A stretch of DNA of 64,000 bases from Candidatus Fermentithermobacillaceae bacterium (GCA_012512325.1 JAAZEL010000050.1:337-64336), one strand, 5' to 3'; positions 19,443 to 29,796 are shown, counted from the stretch's first letter. Numbers and translations are program-made. The notes: a model not told the origin generated them from the sequence alone.

Positions 19443-20261
19443 TCAGAACTTGAGCATATCCACTAAGAGTGAGCTACCCGCGGTGTTCAACAAGGCACCT
19501 ATGATGCAGAGGATCACAAACACCACGCGGGTGATGTCCTGAGATACCACCGAACCGTAGATCACCGGCTCTTTGGAAAGGGCAGCCGCTCCCGCATAGA
19601 ACTCCTCACCGATCATGGTGTAGTCGCAGGAGGCAACGAAGAAGGGCAGCTGCGCAGTGGCTGACGTAGCAGCAACCTGAATCGCCCCTACCAAGGCACC
19701 GGCCTCAGCCAGGATCAGAGCCTCGGCGTAGAAGTAGCCGACCAGGAAGTTGGCTGCAGGTTTCTCCCTTGCGATCATACCGGCAACGCCCATGGTGTAG
19801 CCGAACTGCCAGTCCGACATGAACCTTACGTCATCGGGGTTAAAGGCATCCGGCCTTCCGGCTTCCAGGTAAGCTTGCCTGATGATTTCCTCGTTTACGG
19901 TCATGGAAAGCCATTCTGAGTTGGTGTTGATGATCCTCGTGTCGTAAGAAGCGCACAGTTTGGCTACGTGAGCAAGATAGGCCCAGAAGGCCCACGTGTC
20001 GTAGTCACCTACGTCCTGGTAGTAGCTTGTAATGTGGACCGGGCGTCCCATCTCCGTAGCTCTACCTACCGCTTCTTCGAAAGCCTCCAATCCCGGGATC
20101 CGGCGAATCTCAGGAATTGGCAGCCCAGCCCGGGCACGCTGAATCATCACGTACACCAGAAGGGCCATGCCGATGGCAAGGAACAGGCCTGCGATGGTAC
20201 TGTCGTCGGGTACGAAGATACCCCACTTCACATCGGCAGCAAGAACTAGCTGGTTCAACAA
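19443..20261 (-). CDS. Uncharacterised membrane protein (module 1a): N-terminal signal anchor, a roughly 200-aa extracytoplasmic domain, and a C-terminal TM
   Basis: Hydrophobic N-terminal (IAGLFLAIGMALLVYVMI) and C-terminal (VVFVILCIIGALL) segments. No recognisable catalytic motifs. AGGAGGTG Shine-Dalgarno before the ATG. Confidence 0.5.
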   Translation of the reverse strand: MLNQLVLAADVKWGIFVPDDSTIAGLFLAIGMALLVYVMIQRARAGLPIPEIRRIPGLEAFEEAVGRATEMGRPVHITSYYQDVGDYDTWAFWAYLAHVAKLCASYDTRIINTNSEWLSMTVNEEIIRQAYLEAGRPDAFNPDDVRFMSDWQFGYTMGVAGMIAREKPAANFLVGYFYAEALILAEAGALVGAIQVAATSATAQLPFFVASCDYTMIGEEFYAGAAALSKEPVIYGSVVSQDITRVVFVILCIIGALLNTAGSSLLVDMLKF

Positions 20262-20637
20262 CTATTTCACCTCCTTGTAAAATAAAGCCATTTCCAAGAA
20301 ACCAACCAAACCACCACTTATACTCCGGCTGTGGACCGACAACAAAAGTGATGCTTCGGTTCAAGTGATGTGCTACGTCGAGGAGTCTGTTGATTCATGA
20401 GATGGCTTTCGTTGACACTATATTCTACGCATCCTTGAAAATTCCTTCTTTGCGGTCTCATGACAATTGAAAGCTATATTGTATATCATCCGCATTGTTT
20501 GCATCCATGGCAATTCAGCCCATCCGGTACCTGTCCCCGATCAGGTGCACCCGTCAAAACCTCCGCACGGGTGTCGGCGAGATACAGGTTACATACCTAC
20601 TTGCGCAGTTAACCGGCTGGTGTGCAGGCCGATGCCT

Positions 20638-21156
20638 TCACTGCAATCGCCTGGTAAAATGAGGGTTTCTCATGAGGAACATCAACAAAGGCAGGCCAAA
20701 CACATAGCAGGACACAGCCTGGCCCAGCATTATGTGGCAGAACACAGGCCAGTAGCCGAGGCCGCTGAGGGGAGCAACGTACGCTGCCACTGCAAGCGCG
20801 TTAACCAGTACGGGAGGCAAAGGAGCCAAGTACGCATTGGGCATCCGCTCGGTGAGAACCCCGCTTATAAGGCTTGCTAAGGCCCCTAAGGTGACATCCC
20901 ACACCAAGAACGGGCTGGCCAGGTTTGCCACAATACATCCGATATACAGCCCCCATTTGGCCCAAGGAAACAAAAATGGAAGTACTGTAAGGGCTTCAGA
21001 TACCCTAACTTGCACCGGCCCGTAGCCGAAGCTTGAGAAAGGGGGGAGCATGGTCAGGACGGCGTAAGTCCCTGCCAGTAAAGCTATACGGGTTATGGTT
21101 GCAGAAAGAGACTTATCCTTGCCTACGGTTTCCATATCCTGGCTTTCATCCTTCAC
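20638..21156 (-). CDS. queT: QueT-family ECF-type S-component (queuosine precursor transporter)
   Basis: About 170 aa, 5-6 TM. QueT-like blocks (ALTMLPPFSSFGYGPVQVRVSEALTVLP, WGLYIGCIVANLASP). Only about 27 nt after purD, so probably co-transcribed. Confidence 0.6.
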   Translation of the reverse strand: MKDESQDMETVGKDKSLSATITRIALLAGTYAVLTMLPPFSSFGYGPVQVRVSEALTVLPFLFPWAKWGLYIGCIVANLASPFLVWDVTLGALASLISGVLTERMPNAYLAPLPPVLVNALAVAAYVAPLSGLGYWPVFCHIMLGQAVSCYVFGLPLLMFLMRNPHFTRRLQ

Positions 21157-21183
21157 CTGCCTTCAACAAAGGGTTAAACAGGT

Positions 21184-22470
21184 CTACATGCGGATTGCAC
21201 CTATGTCTTTCCTGTAATGGGCGCCTGGGAATGTGATCCTTTCCAAGGCGGCATATGCCTTGGACCGGGCTTCATCCAGGGTAGGCATAAGCGCTGTGAC
21301 CGCAAGCACCCTGCCGCCTGACGTTACCGGGCTGCCTGTCTCATCCAGGCGTGTTCCTGCGTGAAATACCAACACGTCTTCCGGCTCCGCGTCGCAGGTG
21401 CCTTTGAACCCTTGTACCGGCAACCCTTTGGGATATGCGCCCGGATACCCGGGAGAGGCGAGCACAATGGTGACGGCGGCCTCGTCACGCACCACAACGG
21501 CCTTGCTCGAGATGAACTCTTCAAGGCGTCCATCTGCACACGCCAGGAGCAGTCCGGCAAAGTCCCCGGTCAATCTCGGCAACACGCATTGAGCCTCAGG
21601 GTCGCCGAACCTCACGTTGTACTCCAGCACTTTGGGCCCGTCCTCAGTAAGCATGAGCCCTGCGTAAATTACGCCCCGGTAGTCTATTCCCTCGCGTTTG
21701 AGGCCTAGGAAGGTTTTGTGTAAGACGTCCCTGTAAACAGCCTCTTCCAGCTTCCGGTCTACAAAGGGAAGAGGCGAGTACGCGCCCATGCCCCCTGTCA
21801 TTGGGCCTTCATCCCCATCGTACACCCTCTTGTGATCTTTTGCCATGGGGAGGGGAAAGATCGTCTTGCCGTCACACAGGGCCATGGCCGTGGCCTCAAT
21901 ACCTTCGAGAAACTCTTCTATCACAATGCGCCTGCCGGCATCGCCATGGAGGCTGCCTGAAAGCATTTGGCCGACGGCGTCTACAGCTTCATCCATTTCT
22001 GCAGCTATTGTAACCCCCTTGCCGTACGCCAACCCGTCCGCCTTGATTACCCACGGCCCGGGCACGCTGCTCAGGTATTCCACCGCGTCTTCCCGGCGCT
22101 CAAACACCTTGTACCGTGGGTGGGGAATGCCATGCCTGGCCATGAAGTCCTTTGCCGTGCTCTTGCTGGCTTCAAGCCGCGCCCCGGCTCGTGTTGGCCC
22201 AAAAACCAAAACACCCCTGGAGGTCAGGAAATCTGCGATCCCTGCCGCAAGGGGGTTCTCAGGCCCAACCACCACAAACCCTATGGACTCATCTCGGCAA
22301 AGCCGGTAGACGGCCTCAAAGTTGGGATCTATGGGCACATTGCTCCCACAAGCTGCCGTGCCCGGATTCCCAGGTACAACCCACACTTGTTCTACACTCG
22401 GGCTCCTGTGTAAAGCCCACGCAAGGGCGTGTTCCCTTCCGCCTGATCCGATGACCAATACTCTCATCAC
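21184..22470 (-). CDS. purD: Phosphoribosylamine--glycine ligase
   Basis: MRVLVIGSGGREHALAWAL N-terminus and ATP-grasp architecture. Confidence 0.92.
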   Translation of the reverse strand: MMRVLVIGSGGREHALAWALHRSPSVEQVWVVPGNPGTAACGSNVPIDPNFEAVYRLCRDESIGFVVVGPENPLAAGIADFLTSRGVLVFGPTRAGARLEASKSTAKDFMARHGIPHPRYKVFERREDAVEYLSSVPGPWVIKADGLAYGKGVTIAAEMDEAVDAVGQMLSGSLHGDAGRRIVIEEFLEGIEATAMALCDGKTIFPLPMAKDHKRVYDGDEGPMTGGMGAYSPLPFVDRKLEEAVYRDVLHKTFLGLKREGIDYRGVIYAGLMLTEDGPKVLEYNVRFGDPEAQCVLPRLTGDFAGLLLACADGRLEEFISSKAVVVRDEAAVTIVLASPGYPGAYPKGLPVQGFKGTCDAEPEDVLVFHAGTRLDETGSPVTSGGRVLAVTALMPTLDEARSKAYAALERITFPGAHYRKDIGAIRM

Positions 22471-22511
22471 AACGGCTCCCTTCGTTCAATGCATGCAATC
22501 GGCCTGGAGGA

Positions 22512-24110
22512 TCAATGCAGGAAATGGCGATGGCCTGTAAGCACCATTGCGATACCATGCCGGTCAGCTACACATATTGATTCCTGATCCCTAATCGACC
22601 CGCCGGGATGGGCTATGGCAGTAACACCCGCTTCAGCTGCTTCTGACACTGCATCCGGGAACGGGAAGAAGGCGTCTGACGCAAGACACGCGTCCCTGGC
22701 CCTGTCCCCTGCCCGTTTGACAGCTATCCTTACGGCATCCACCCTGTTGGGTTGGCCGCCGCCTATGCCTACTGTCTGCAAACCCCGGGCAAGTACTATA
22801 GCGTTTGACTTGACATGCTTGCAGACGGTCATGGCGAATTGGAGGGTTCTGACTTCTTCGTCAGTAGGCTGCCTCTTAGACACCACTCGCCACTCTTCAT
22901 GGCCGGGAAGGAGCTTGTCTTTCTCCTGCACCAATATTCCGCCCATGGCAGTTTTCAACGCATGTCCACCGCCAAGGGCAGGCCGGTTTGCGCCAGCGTC
23001 CCCTCCGCACCCCGATTGGCCGTTACCGGAACACACAGGAGCCAATGTAAGCAGCCGCAAGTTTTTCTTGGCTTTCAAGGTTTCAAGGGCATCCTCGGTG
23101 AATGACGGCGCTGCAACCACCTCGAGGAAGATATCTTTCATGGCTTCCGCACAGTCCTTGTCCACTTCGCAGTTGAAAGCCACGATACCGCCGAAGGCTG
23201 AAACGGGATCGCCTTGAAACGCAGCGTCAAAAGCCTCCCTGGGAGTCCTGGCTACGGCAGCGCCGCATGGTGCAGCGTGCTTGACTATCACGCATCCTGC
23301 CTGACTGAGATCCCACACAGCATGAAATGCGTTGTCCAGGTCGTTTATGTTGTTGTACGAAAGGGGCTTGCCCTGGATCTGGGCTCCTTTGAGAGACGGG
23401 ATGTGTCCTCCCAACACCGGCTCGTAGTACCCGGCGCGTTGGTGGGGATTCTCGCCGTACCTTAGGGAAAGCACCTTGTGGTAGCCAAGTACCAGATGGT
23501 CAGGGAACGTATCTTGGGCCTGGCTGTCTTCCTGCAAAGAAGCGAAGTACGAAGATATGGCTGCATCGTACCGGGCGGTGTGGGCAAAAGCTTCATATGC
23601 CAGTTTCAGCCGGAGGTCCGGGCCTACTTCCCCATGGGCCCTAATCTCATCTATGATCAGGGGGTACCGGTCAGGATTGCACACCACGGTAACCCAGCGG
23701 TAGTTCTTGGCCGCCGCCCTTATAAGGGAAGGCCCACCGATGTCAATTTGTTCAATCACTTCTTCTAACGTAGCCCCGGGTCTCCTCGCAGCCTCCACAA
23801 AGGGGTACAGGTTGCACACAACCATATCAACCGGGGTCACTCTATGTGTCTCAAGTTGTTCCATGTGTTCCGGCTTGTCTCGCAGGGCAAGTATCCCCCC
23901 GTGGAGCTTGGGGTGAAGGGTTGTTACTCTCCCGTCGAGGATCTCGGGGAAACCTGTCACCTGGCTCACCTGGATAACCTGAATGCCTTCCCCTTCCAGG
24001 TACCTGGCCGTGCCTCCCGACGACACGATTTCCCAACCTGAATCCCGTAACGCCCGGGCCAACGCCACGATTCCGGTTTTGTCGGCCGCACTCAACACAG
24101 CGCGTTTCAT
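22512..24110 (-). CDS. purH: Bifunctional AICAR transformylase / IMP cyclohydrolase
   Basis: MGS-like N-terminal domain (KRAVLSAADKTGIV) plus the AICARFT domain. About 530 aa. Confidence 0.92.
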   Translation of the reverse strand: MKRAVLSAADKTGIVALARALRDSGWEIVSSGGTARYLEGEGIQVIQVSQVTGFPEILDGRVTTLHPKLHGGILALRDKPEHMEQLETHRVTPVDMVVCNLYPFVEAARRPGATLEEVIEQIDIGGPSLIRAAAKNYRWVTVVCNPDRYPLIIDEIRAHGEVGPDLRLKLAYEAFAHTARYDAAISSYFASLQEDSQAQDTFPDHLVLGYHKVLSLRYGENPHQRAGYYEPVLGGHIPSLKGAQIQGKPLSYNNINDLDNAFHAVWDLSQAGCVIVKHAAPCGAAVARTPREAFDAAFQGDPVSAFGGIVAFNCEVDKDCAEAMKDIFLEVVAAPSFTEDALETLKAKKNLRLLTLAPVCSGNGQSGCGGDAGANRPALGGGHALKTAMGGILVQEKDKLLPGHEEWRVVSKRQPTDEEVRTLQFAMTVCKHVKSNAIVLARGLQTVGIGGGQPNRVDAVRIAVKRAGDRARDACLASDAFFPFPDAVSEAAEAGVTAIAHPGGSIRDQESICVADRHGIAMVLTGHRHFLH

Positions 24111-24192
24111 TGATCACACCTCACTAACCCATGTATCCGCAGCCGTCCATGCGGGTGTATCAGCACCATGCCCCGGTGGGCGGATTAGCGGT

Positions 24193-24846
24193 TTAGTCCT
24201 TTACCGGTGCCGTCAATATTTCAACCTTGCGCCCTTTTACCTTCACCCTGCCCTGAGCAATGAGGTTTATGGCCTCAGGAAGGATCCTGTGTTCTATCTC
24301 CAAGATCCGTCCGGAAAGGGACTCAGCGGTATCGTCTTGGCAAACTTCGCAGGCGCCCTGGATGATGATGGGGCCGCCGTCCACTGACAGGTCTACAAAG
24401 AAGACAGTCGCACCTGCCACTTTGACACCGTAATCCAAGGCTTGCTTCTGGGCGCCGAGCCCTGGAAACGCAGGCAGGAGGGACGGGTGTATGTTGATCA
24501 CTTTCATGGGAAAGGCCTGGAGCAGGGTTTCACCTACCAACCGGTCGTACCCGGCGAGTACCACAAGTTCCACACCATGGGACGACAGGATTTCCACCAA
24601 TCTCCGCTCATAGGCAGGCTTGCGCGCCGGCCACTTGCCGTATTGGCGTGGCTCCACGACAAAAGCAGGCACGCCCTTCGCCGCTGCCCTGTCCAAGGCA
24701 AGTGCCCCGGGCCTGTTGGATATCACCACCTTCACCTGGGCAGGTATCCTGCCCGCTTCACACCCGTCAAGGATGGCTTGAAGGTTGGTACCCCTTCCCG
24801 AAACCAGCACCCCCAGGGAAAGGAGATCAGCATCCCGGCTATCCAA
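24193..24846 (-). CDS. purN: Phosphoribosylglycinamide formyltransferase
   Basis: LGVLVSGRGTNLQAI and formyl-transferase core motifs (HPSLLP). About 200 aa. Confidence 0.9.
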   Translation of the reverse strand: MDSRDADLLSLGVLVSGRGTNLQAILDGCEAGRIPAQVKVVISNRPGALALDRAAAKGVPAFVVEPRQYGKWPARKPAYERRLVEILSSHGVELVVLAGYDRLVGETLLQAFPMKVINIHPSLLPAFPGLGAQKQALDYGVKVAGATVFFVDLSVDGGPIIIQGACEVCQDDTAESLSGRILEIEHRILPEAINLIAQGRVKVKGRKVEILTAPVKD

Positions 24847-25870
24847 CTACCTCACCTACCACAAATGAGCCAATCCCGGCCTCACTGCACAATTCCATGA
24901 CCTTGTGGACGTCATCTGCCTCGACTACAACCGCCATGCCTACACCCATGTTGAACACCCTGTACATCTCAGACTCAGCAATCCTGCCCAACTCCTGGAT
25001 AACCCGAAACACGGGCGGGACTTCCCAGCTGAAGTCAAATGCAACCTTAAGCCCCTGGGGCAGTACCCGCGGCACGTTTTCAATCAAACCCCCGCCGGTA
25101 ATATGGGCGGCACCCTTAAGGCAAAGGGTGTCCCTGATCTTGAGTAGGAGGGGGGCATATGTCCTCGTAGGCTCCAGTAATTCCTCTCCCAGGGTTCTCC
25201 CGAATTCGTCCACGTGGCGGCCCAGATCCCAGCGGGCTTCCTTGAACACCTTTCTCGCCAGGGTATAACCGTTTGAATGCAAGCCTGAAGAGGCAAGCCC
25301 TACCACTACATCTCCGGCTTTGATCATTGATCCGTCGATCAGCTCGGACTTGTCCGCCACACCCACGCAAAAACCCGCAAGATCGTACTCACCGGGGCCG
25401 TAAAGGTCGGGCATCTGGGCAGTCTCGCCGCCGAGCAGGACACACCCGACAGCCTGGCACCCGGCTACAACGCCCTTCACAAGCTGTTCAACCAGGCCAG
25501 GTGTAAGCTTCCCCCCGGCAATGTAGTCGAGGAAGAAAAGGGGCCTTGCTCCTGAAGTAACCACATCATCGACATTCATGGCAACCAGGTCTATGCCTAC
25601 GGTATCATGCTTGTCCATCTTCTGGGCTATTATCACCTTGGTGCCTACTCCATCGGCCCCCGAAGCGAGCACCAGGTTACCATATCCCAGATGCTCCATG
25701 CTGTAAAGCCCGGAAAAACCCCCTACGCCCGAAAGCACCCCGGCATCCCCGGTTTGTGCCGCCATCAGCTTTATCTTCGACACCCAGGAAGCCGCAGCAT
25801 CGATATCCACTCCGGCTTTGGCGTATTCTTTGGCGTATTCTATGGATCTGACGGATTTATCTCCGGCCAT
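24839..25870 (-). CDS. purM: Phosphoribosylformylglycinamidine cyclo-ligase
   Basis: AIR synthase family N- and C-terminal domains. Overlaps purN and purF starts and stops. Confidence 0.92.
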   Translation of the reverse strand: MAGDKSVRSIEYAKEYAKAGVDIDAAASWVSKIKLMAAQTGDAGVLSGVGGFSGLYSMEHLGYGNLVLASGADGVGTKVIIAQKMDKHDTVGIDLVAMNVDDVVTSGARPLFFLDYIAGGKLTPGLVEQLVKGVVAGCQAVGCVLLGGETAQMPDLYGPGEYDLAGFCVGVADKSELIDGSMIKAGDVVVGLASSGLHSNGYTLARKVFKEARWDLGRHVDEFGRTLGEELLEPTRTYAPLLLKIRDTLCLKGAAHITGGGLIENVPRVLPQGLKVAFDFSWEVPPVFRVIQELGRIAESEMYRVFNMGVGMAVVVEADDVHKVMELCSEAGIGSFVVGEVVG

Positions 25871-27302
25871 CTGAACCTGCGTCTCCTTCCGGTGCCACAG
25901 GGTAATCTCCTGTAAAGCAGGCTGTGCACAAATTTCCTACCCGCCGGCCCAGTACTTCCTCCAAGTCGTGTACATACAAGAAGGCAATGCTATCAGCCTC
26001 AATAGCTTGCCTGATCTGCTCTTCGGTCTTGCCCACGGCGATCAGCTCACCTCTGGAAGAGGTGTCGATCCCGTAATAGCATGGGAATCTGTAAGGCGGG
26101 GAGCTGATCCTCACATGCACTTCCCGGGCCCCTGCTGCCCTCAACAAGCCCACTATGTATTTGGAGGTGGTGCCCCGCACCATGGAATCGTCGACCAGCA
26201 CCACGCGCTTGCCTGACACCAGCCTTTGCAGCGGGTTGATCTTTATCTTCACCCCAAGTTCCCTAAGGGATTGCCTGGGGGCGATAAACGTCCTGCCTAT
26301 ATACCTGTTCTTTACGATCCCCATTTCATAGGGGATACCCGCTTCTTCGGCATAGCCGGAGGCAGCCGACAGGGACGAATCGGGGATCCCCGTCACTAGG
26401 TCCGCACCCAGGGTCTCCTTCCGGGCGAGTCGCCTCCCCAGGGCTTTCCTGGCAGCATGCACATTGACGCCGTATATATCCGAATCGGGCCTGGCGAAGT
26501 ATATGAACTCGAAAACGCAAAGGCTTGGGCGGGTTTTCGTCTCACAACCGCCGATGCGATATGACACCGGTTCCCCGGCATACGGCAGGCCCGGATCTTC
26601 GGATTGCACTTCTTGGATGAATATGACTTCTCCGGGGTCAAGTTCGCGGACAAACTCGGCGCCGACAGCATCCAACGCACAGGTTTCTGAACATACAATG
26701 TAGGCCCCGCCCAGCTTGCCCAAACACAGGGGCCTGAAACCGTTGGGGTCCTTGGCGGCGATTACCCCGTCGGGTGTGAGGACACACAAAGAATAAGCTC
26801 CTCTCAAAGCAGGCAGTGATTCTACAAGAGCTCTTACCGGATCTCCTAAGCCTGACTTGGCCATGAGATGGGGGATTACTTCGCAATCGGATGTGGTTTG
26901 AAATATGGAACCGCCCCGTTCCAGATCCGTCCGCAGCCGCACCGCATTTACGAGATTGCCGTTATGGGCAAAGGACATCTGCCCCTGCCACATCCTCACC
27001 GTAATTGGCTGTGCATCTTCAATGCCGCCCTCATCCCCTACGTTGGAGTACCTGACATGGGCAAGGGCTGAAGAACCTGTCAACCGCGTTATGTCGTCCC
27101 TGGAGAAAACATCTGATACCAGGCCCATGCCTTTCCTGGTATGGATGCGCCCTCCGTTGACCACCGCTATCCCTGCAGCTTCCTGCCCCCTGTGCTGCAG
27201 TGCGTAGAGCCCGTAGTAACACAGCTCTGACGCTTTTGGGTGCCCTACCACGGCAAATATCCCGCACCGTTCTCTTATTTCCTGAATCTTTAGAATTCCC
27301 AT
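25857..27302 (-). CDS. purF: Amidophosphoribosyltransferase, with an 11-residue propeptide before the catalytic Cys
   Basis: ERCGIFAV N-terminal nucleophile region. PRTase motif (VVLVDDSMVRGTTS). C-terminal Cys cluster for a [4Fe-4S] centre. Confidence 0.92.
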   Translation of the reverse strand: MGILKIQEIRERCGIFAVVGHPKASELCYYGLYALQHRGQEAAGIAVVNGGRIHTRKGMGLVSDVFSRDDITRLTGSSALAHVRYSNVGDEGGIEDAQPITVRMWQGQMSFAHNGNLVNAVRLRTDLERGGSIFQTTSDCEVIPHLMAKSGLGDPVRALVESLPALRGAYSLCVLTPDGVIAAKDPNGFRPLCLGKLGGAYIVCSETCALDAVGAEFVRELDPGEVIFIQEVQSEDPGLPYAGEPVSYRIGGCETKTRPSLCVFEFIYFARPDSDIYGVNVHAARKALGRRLARKETLGADLVTGIPDSSLSAASGYAEEAGIPYEMGIVKNRYIGRTFIAPRQSLRELGVKIKINPLQRLVSGKRVVLVDDSMVRGTTSKYIVGLLRAAGAREVHVRISSPPYRFPCYYGIDTSSRGELIAVGKTEEQIRQAIEADSIAFLYVHDLEEVLGRRVGNLCTACFTGDYPVAPEGDAGSDGRR

Positions 27303-27868
27303 ACAGGGTATCCCTCTTCTTTGAGGTTTCCCATTGCTTCCAGGATCTTGTCTGCCATGCCCCGCCTGTAACCGGCCAGCTTCTCAGCCAGGGAACCGTC
27401 GGTAATGGACAAGATCCTCACGGCCAGTAGCCCGGCATTTTTCGCCGAATCAATGCCCACACAAGCCACAGGCACCCCCGGGGGCATCTGTGATATGGCA
27501 AGCAACGCATCCATTCCGTCAAGGGTGCCTGCGCTGATAGGTATACCGATGACAGGGATATCCACCAAAGACGCCAGCGCGCCCGGCAGGGCCGCTGACA
27601 GCCCTGCCGCTGCGATAGTAAGCTTAACCCCTCTTGAACATACCGAACGGGCATATTCCTCCAGGAGTTCGGGGGTCCTGTGGGCCGAAATCACCGCAAC
27701 CTCGTAACTGACCCCGAACTCACCCAGCACTCCGAAAAGCGGCTTAACCTTGTCCAAATCGCTGGCAGAGCCTAGCACCACTCCAACCTGTACACCCTCG
27801 TGTTTCGGATCCACGGAATACGCCCTCCTCCTTGAGTCTTGTGAACGGTCCGCCCGGTTATCCTTCAA
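27290..27868 (-). CDS. purE: N5-carboxyaminoimidazole ribonucleotide mutase. The ORF may be N-terminally over-extended.
   Basis: VGVVLGSASDL...AHRTPELL...AAG PurE core. Confidence 0.88.
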   Translation of the reverse strand: MKDNRADRSQDSRRRAYSVDPKHEGVQVGVVLGSASDLDKVKPLFGVLGEFGVSYEVAVISAHRTPELLEEYARSVCSRGVKLTIAAAGLSAALPGALASLVDIPVIGIPISAGTLDGMDALLAISQMPPGVPVACVGIDSAKNAGLLAVRILSITDGSLAEKLAGYRRGMADKILEAMGNLKEEGYPVWEF

Positions 27869-27892
27869 GCACCTCCAGCGTAACCGGCCGGG

Positions 27893-29200
27893 TTAGAACA
27901 ACCCGGGAACCAGGTGAATCACTGATATGGCGGCCAGTATGTAAACCAGCCAATGGATCTCTTTGGCCTTCCCGGTAAGCAGTTTCACAGCCACATAACT
28001 GATGAAGCCCGCGGAGATGCCGTCAGATATCGAATAGGCAAAGGGCATCATAACTATGGTCATGAAAGCTGGAAAAGCCTCTGAAAACTCAGACCACTCG
28101 ATCTCCTTAACAGGCAGCATCATGAGCACGCCTACGATGATAAGCGCAGGAGCCGTAGCCTGGCTGGGGATCATGCCGGCAAGGGGTGCGAAAACCAGCG
28201 ACACTAAGAACAAGACGCCTATCACTATGGCAGTGAGGCCTGTACGTCCGCCCTCGGCGATGCCTGCGCTGGATTCCACATAGGTGGTAACGGTGCTTGT
28301 ACCCAGAGCCGCTCCGAGACATGTACCTATGGCGTCCACGGTCATCATCTCTTTGATCCTCGGAAGTTGCCCGTTTTCGTCGAGCATGCCGGCCCTGGAA
28401 GCCGTACCCATGAGGGTGCCCACGGTGTCAAAAACGTCCACAAACCAGAAGCTGAAGATGGTCATGAAGCCTAGGCTGAGTGCGCCCTTGATGTCCATTT
28501 TGAGGGCAATGGGCGCCAAAGATGCGGGCTTGCCTACAATGCTGCCGGTGATCTGGGTGACGCCCATGGGAATTCCGATGACAGCGGTTATCAAGATACC
28601 CAAGAGGATCGACCCGCGTACGCCCCTGGCCATGAGCACGGCGGTTATGAGCAGCCCTATCAGGGCCAGCGCCGTACCCTTGTCGGCAAAATTACCCCTT
28701 GTAATGACTGTATCAGGGCTTCCCTGGATGATGCCTGCATTGATAAGGCCGATCAAGGCGATAAACAGCCCGATGCCTACGCCAACCGCCCGCTTGAGGG
28801 TCTTGGGCATGGCTGCATCGAGAACGTTGATCGCACCGGTAACACTCAGGATCAGGAATACAACACCGGACAGAAAAACCGCACCCAGGGCCGCCTGCCA
28901 ACCTGCCTGGGCAGCTACTACGAAGGCAAAAAACGCGTTAAGCCCCATGCCGCTGGCAAGGGCGTAAGGGTAGTTCGCCATAAGCCCTGCAAGGATCGTG
29001 GTGATGCCCGCGGATAGGGCGGTGGCGGTCATCACGGCACCGAAAGGCATGCCCGTGGTGCTCAGGATATCAGGGTTAACAAAGAGGATGTAAGCCATGG
29101 TCATGAATGTGGTGACACCTGCAATCACTTCTGTACGCACATCGGTACCGTTCTCTTTGAGCCTGAACAAACGTTCCAGCAAGGATTTTTCCTCCCTCAC
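27893..29200 (-). CDS. pbuG: NCS2-family purine permease (AzgA/PbuG-like guanine/hypoxanthine permease)
   Basis: 12-TM NCS2 architecture with AzgA-type conserved blocks. Lies between hpt and purE. Confidence 0.85.
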   Translation of the reverse strand: MREEKSLLERLFRLKENGTDVRTEVIAGVTTFMTMAYILFVNPDILSTTGMPFGAVMTATALSAGITTILAGLMANYPYALASGMGLNAFFAFVVAAQAGWQAALGAVFLSGVVFLILSVTGAINVLDAAMPKTLKRAVGVGIGLFIALIGLINAGIIQGSPDTVITRGNFADKGTALALIGLLITAVLMARGVRGSILLGILITAVIGIPMGVTQITGSIVGKPASLAPIALKMDIKGALSLGFMTIFSFWFVDVFDTVGTLMGTASRAGMLDENGQLPRIKEMMTVDAIGTCLGAALGTSTVTTYVESSAGIAEGGRTGLTAIVIGVLFLVSLVFAPLAGMIPSQATAPALIIVGVLMMLPVKEIEWSEFSEAFPAFMTIVMMPFAYSISDGISAGFISYVAVKLLTGKAKEIHWLVYILAAISVIHLVPGLF

Positions 29201-29233
29201 TAAACTGATCGCTCAATACTGCACGAAACCCGG

Positions 29234-29746
29234 TCACGAATCCGGGTTTTCCAACACACCTACATAGTTCAATCCCCTGTATTTCTCCGCGTAATCCAGG
29301 CCGTATCCTACAACAAACGCATTGGGGATTATGAACCCGTAGTAATCCAAACTGGCTCTTACCCGCCTTCTTGCAGGCTTATCGAGAAGTGCGCACACTT
29401 TGAGGCTTGCAGGCTGCCTGTTCCTCAAAGTGTCCAGAAGATATCTGAGGGTAAGCCCTGTGTCTACAATGTCTTCAACCAGGAGGACGTGGCGTCCTGC
29501 CACACTCTGTTCGAGGTCTTTCGTAATCCGTACTTCCCCCGATGACTCGGTTGAAGCCCCGTAACTGACAGTTCCCATAAAGTCAACTTCTACATCGCAA
29601 TCCAGGTACCTGATCAGGTCGGCCATGAACATGAAACTTCCTTTCAACACGCCGACCATAAGCAACTCCCTGCCTGCATAATCCCTGGAGATCTCCTGGG
29701 CAAGTTCCTTAACCCGCTTTTGCAGTTCTTCAGCGCTTATGAGCAC
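29234..29746 (-). CDS. hpt: Hypoxanthine-guanine phosphoribosyltransferase. The start is probably a non-ATG codon a few codons upstream.
   Basis: PRTase motif (LLVEDIVDTGLT). The N-terminus aligns to Hpt only if ...REHSIKVLIS is included, and no in-frame ATG is available there (a CTG lies 9 nt after AGGAGG). Confidence 0.88.
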   Translation of the reverse strand: MLISAEELQKRVKELAQEISRDYAGRELLMVGVLKGSFMFMADLIRYLDCDVEVDFMGTVSYGASTESSGEVRITKDLEQSVAGRHVLLVEDIVDTGLTLRYLLDTLRNRQPASLKVCALLDKPARRRVRASLDYYGFIIPNAFVVGYGLDYAEKYRGLNYVGVLENPDS

Positions 29747-29796
29747 TTTAATCGAGTGTTCCCGCAGAAATCCTCACCTCCTTAGGCTTCTGACTT

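Noticed and set aside
20467-20880. 137-aa plus-strand ORF in the membrane-operon leader and antisense to queT
   Set aside because: It runs antisense into queT and lacks a Shine-Dalgarno. The region is better explained as a 5' leader of the minus-strand operon.
21157-21183. preQ1 riboswitch upstream of queT
   Set aside because: The intergenic space is only about 27 nt and is occupied by the Shine-Dalgarno (AGGCAGGTGAAGG). There is no room for an aptamer, so queT is probably read through from purD.
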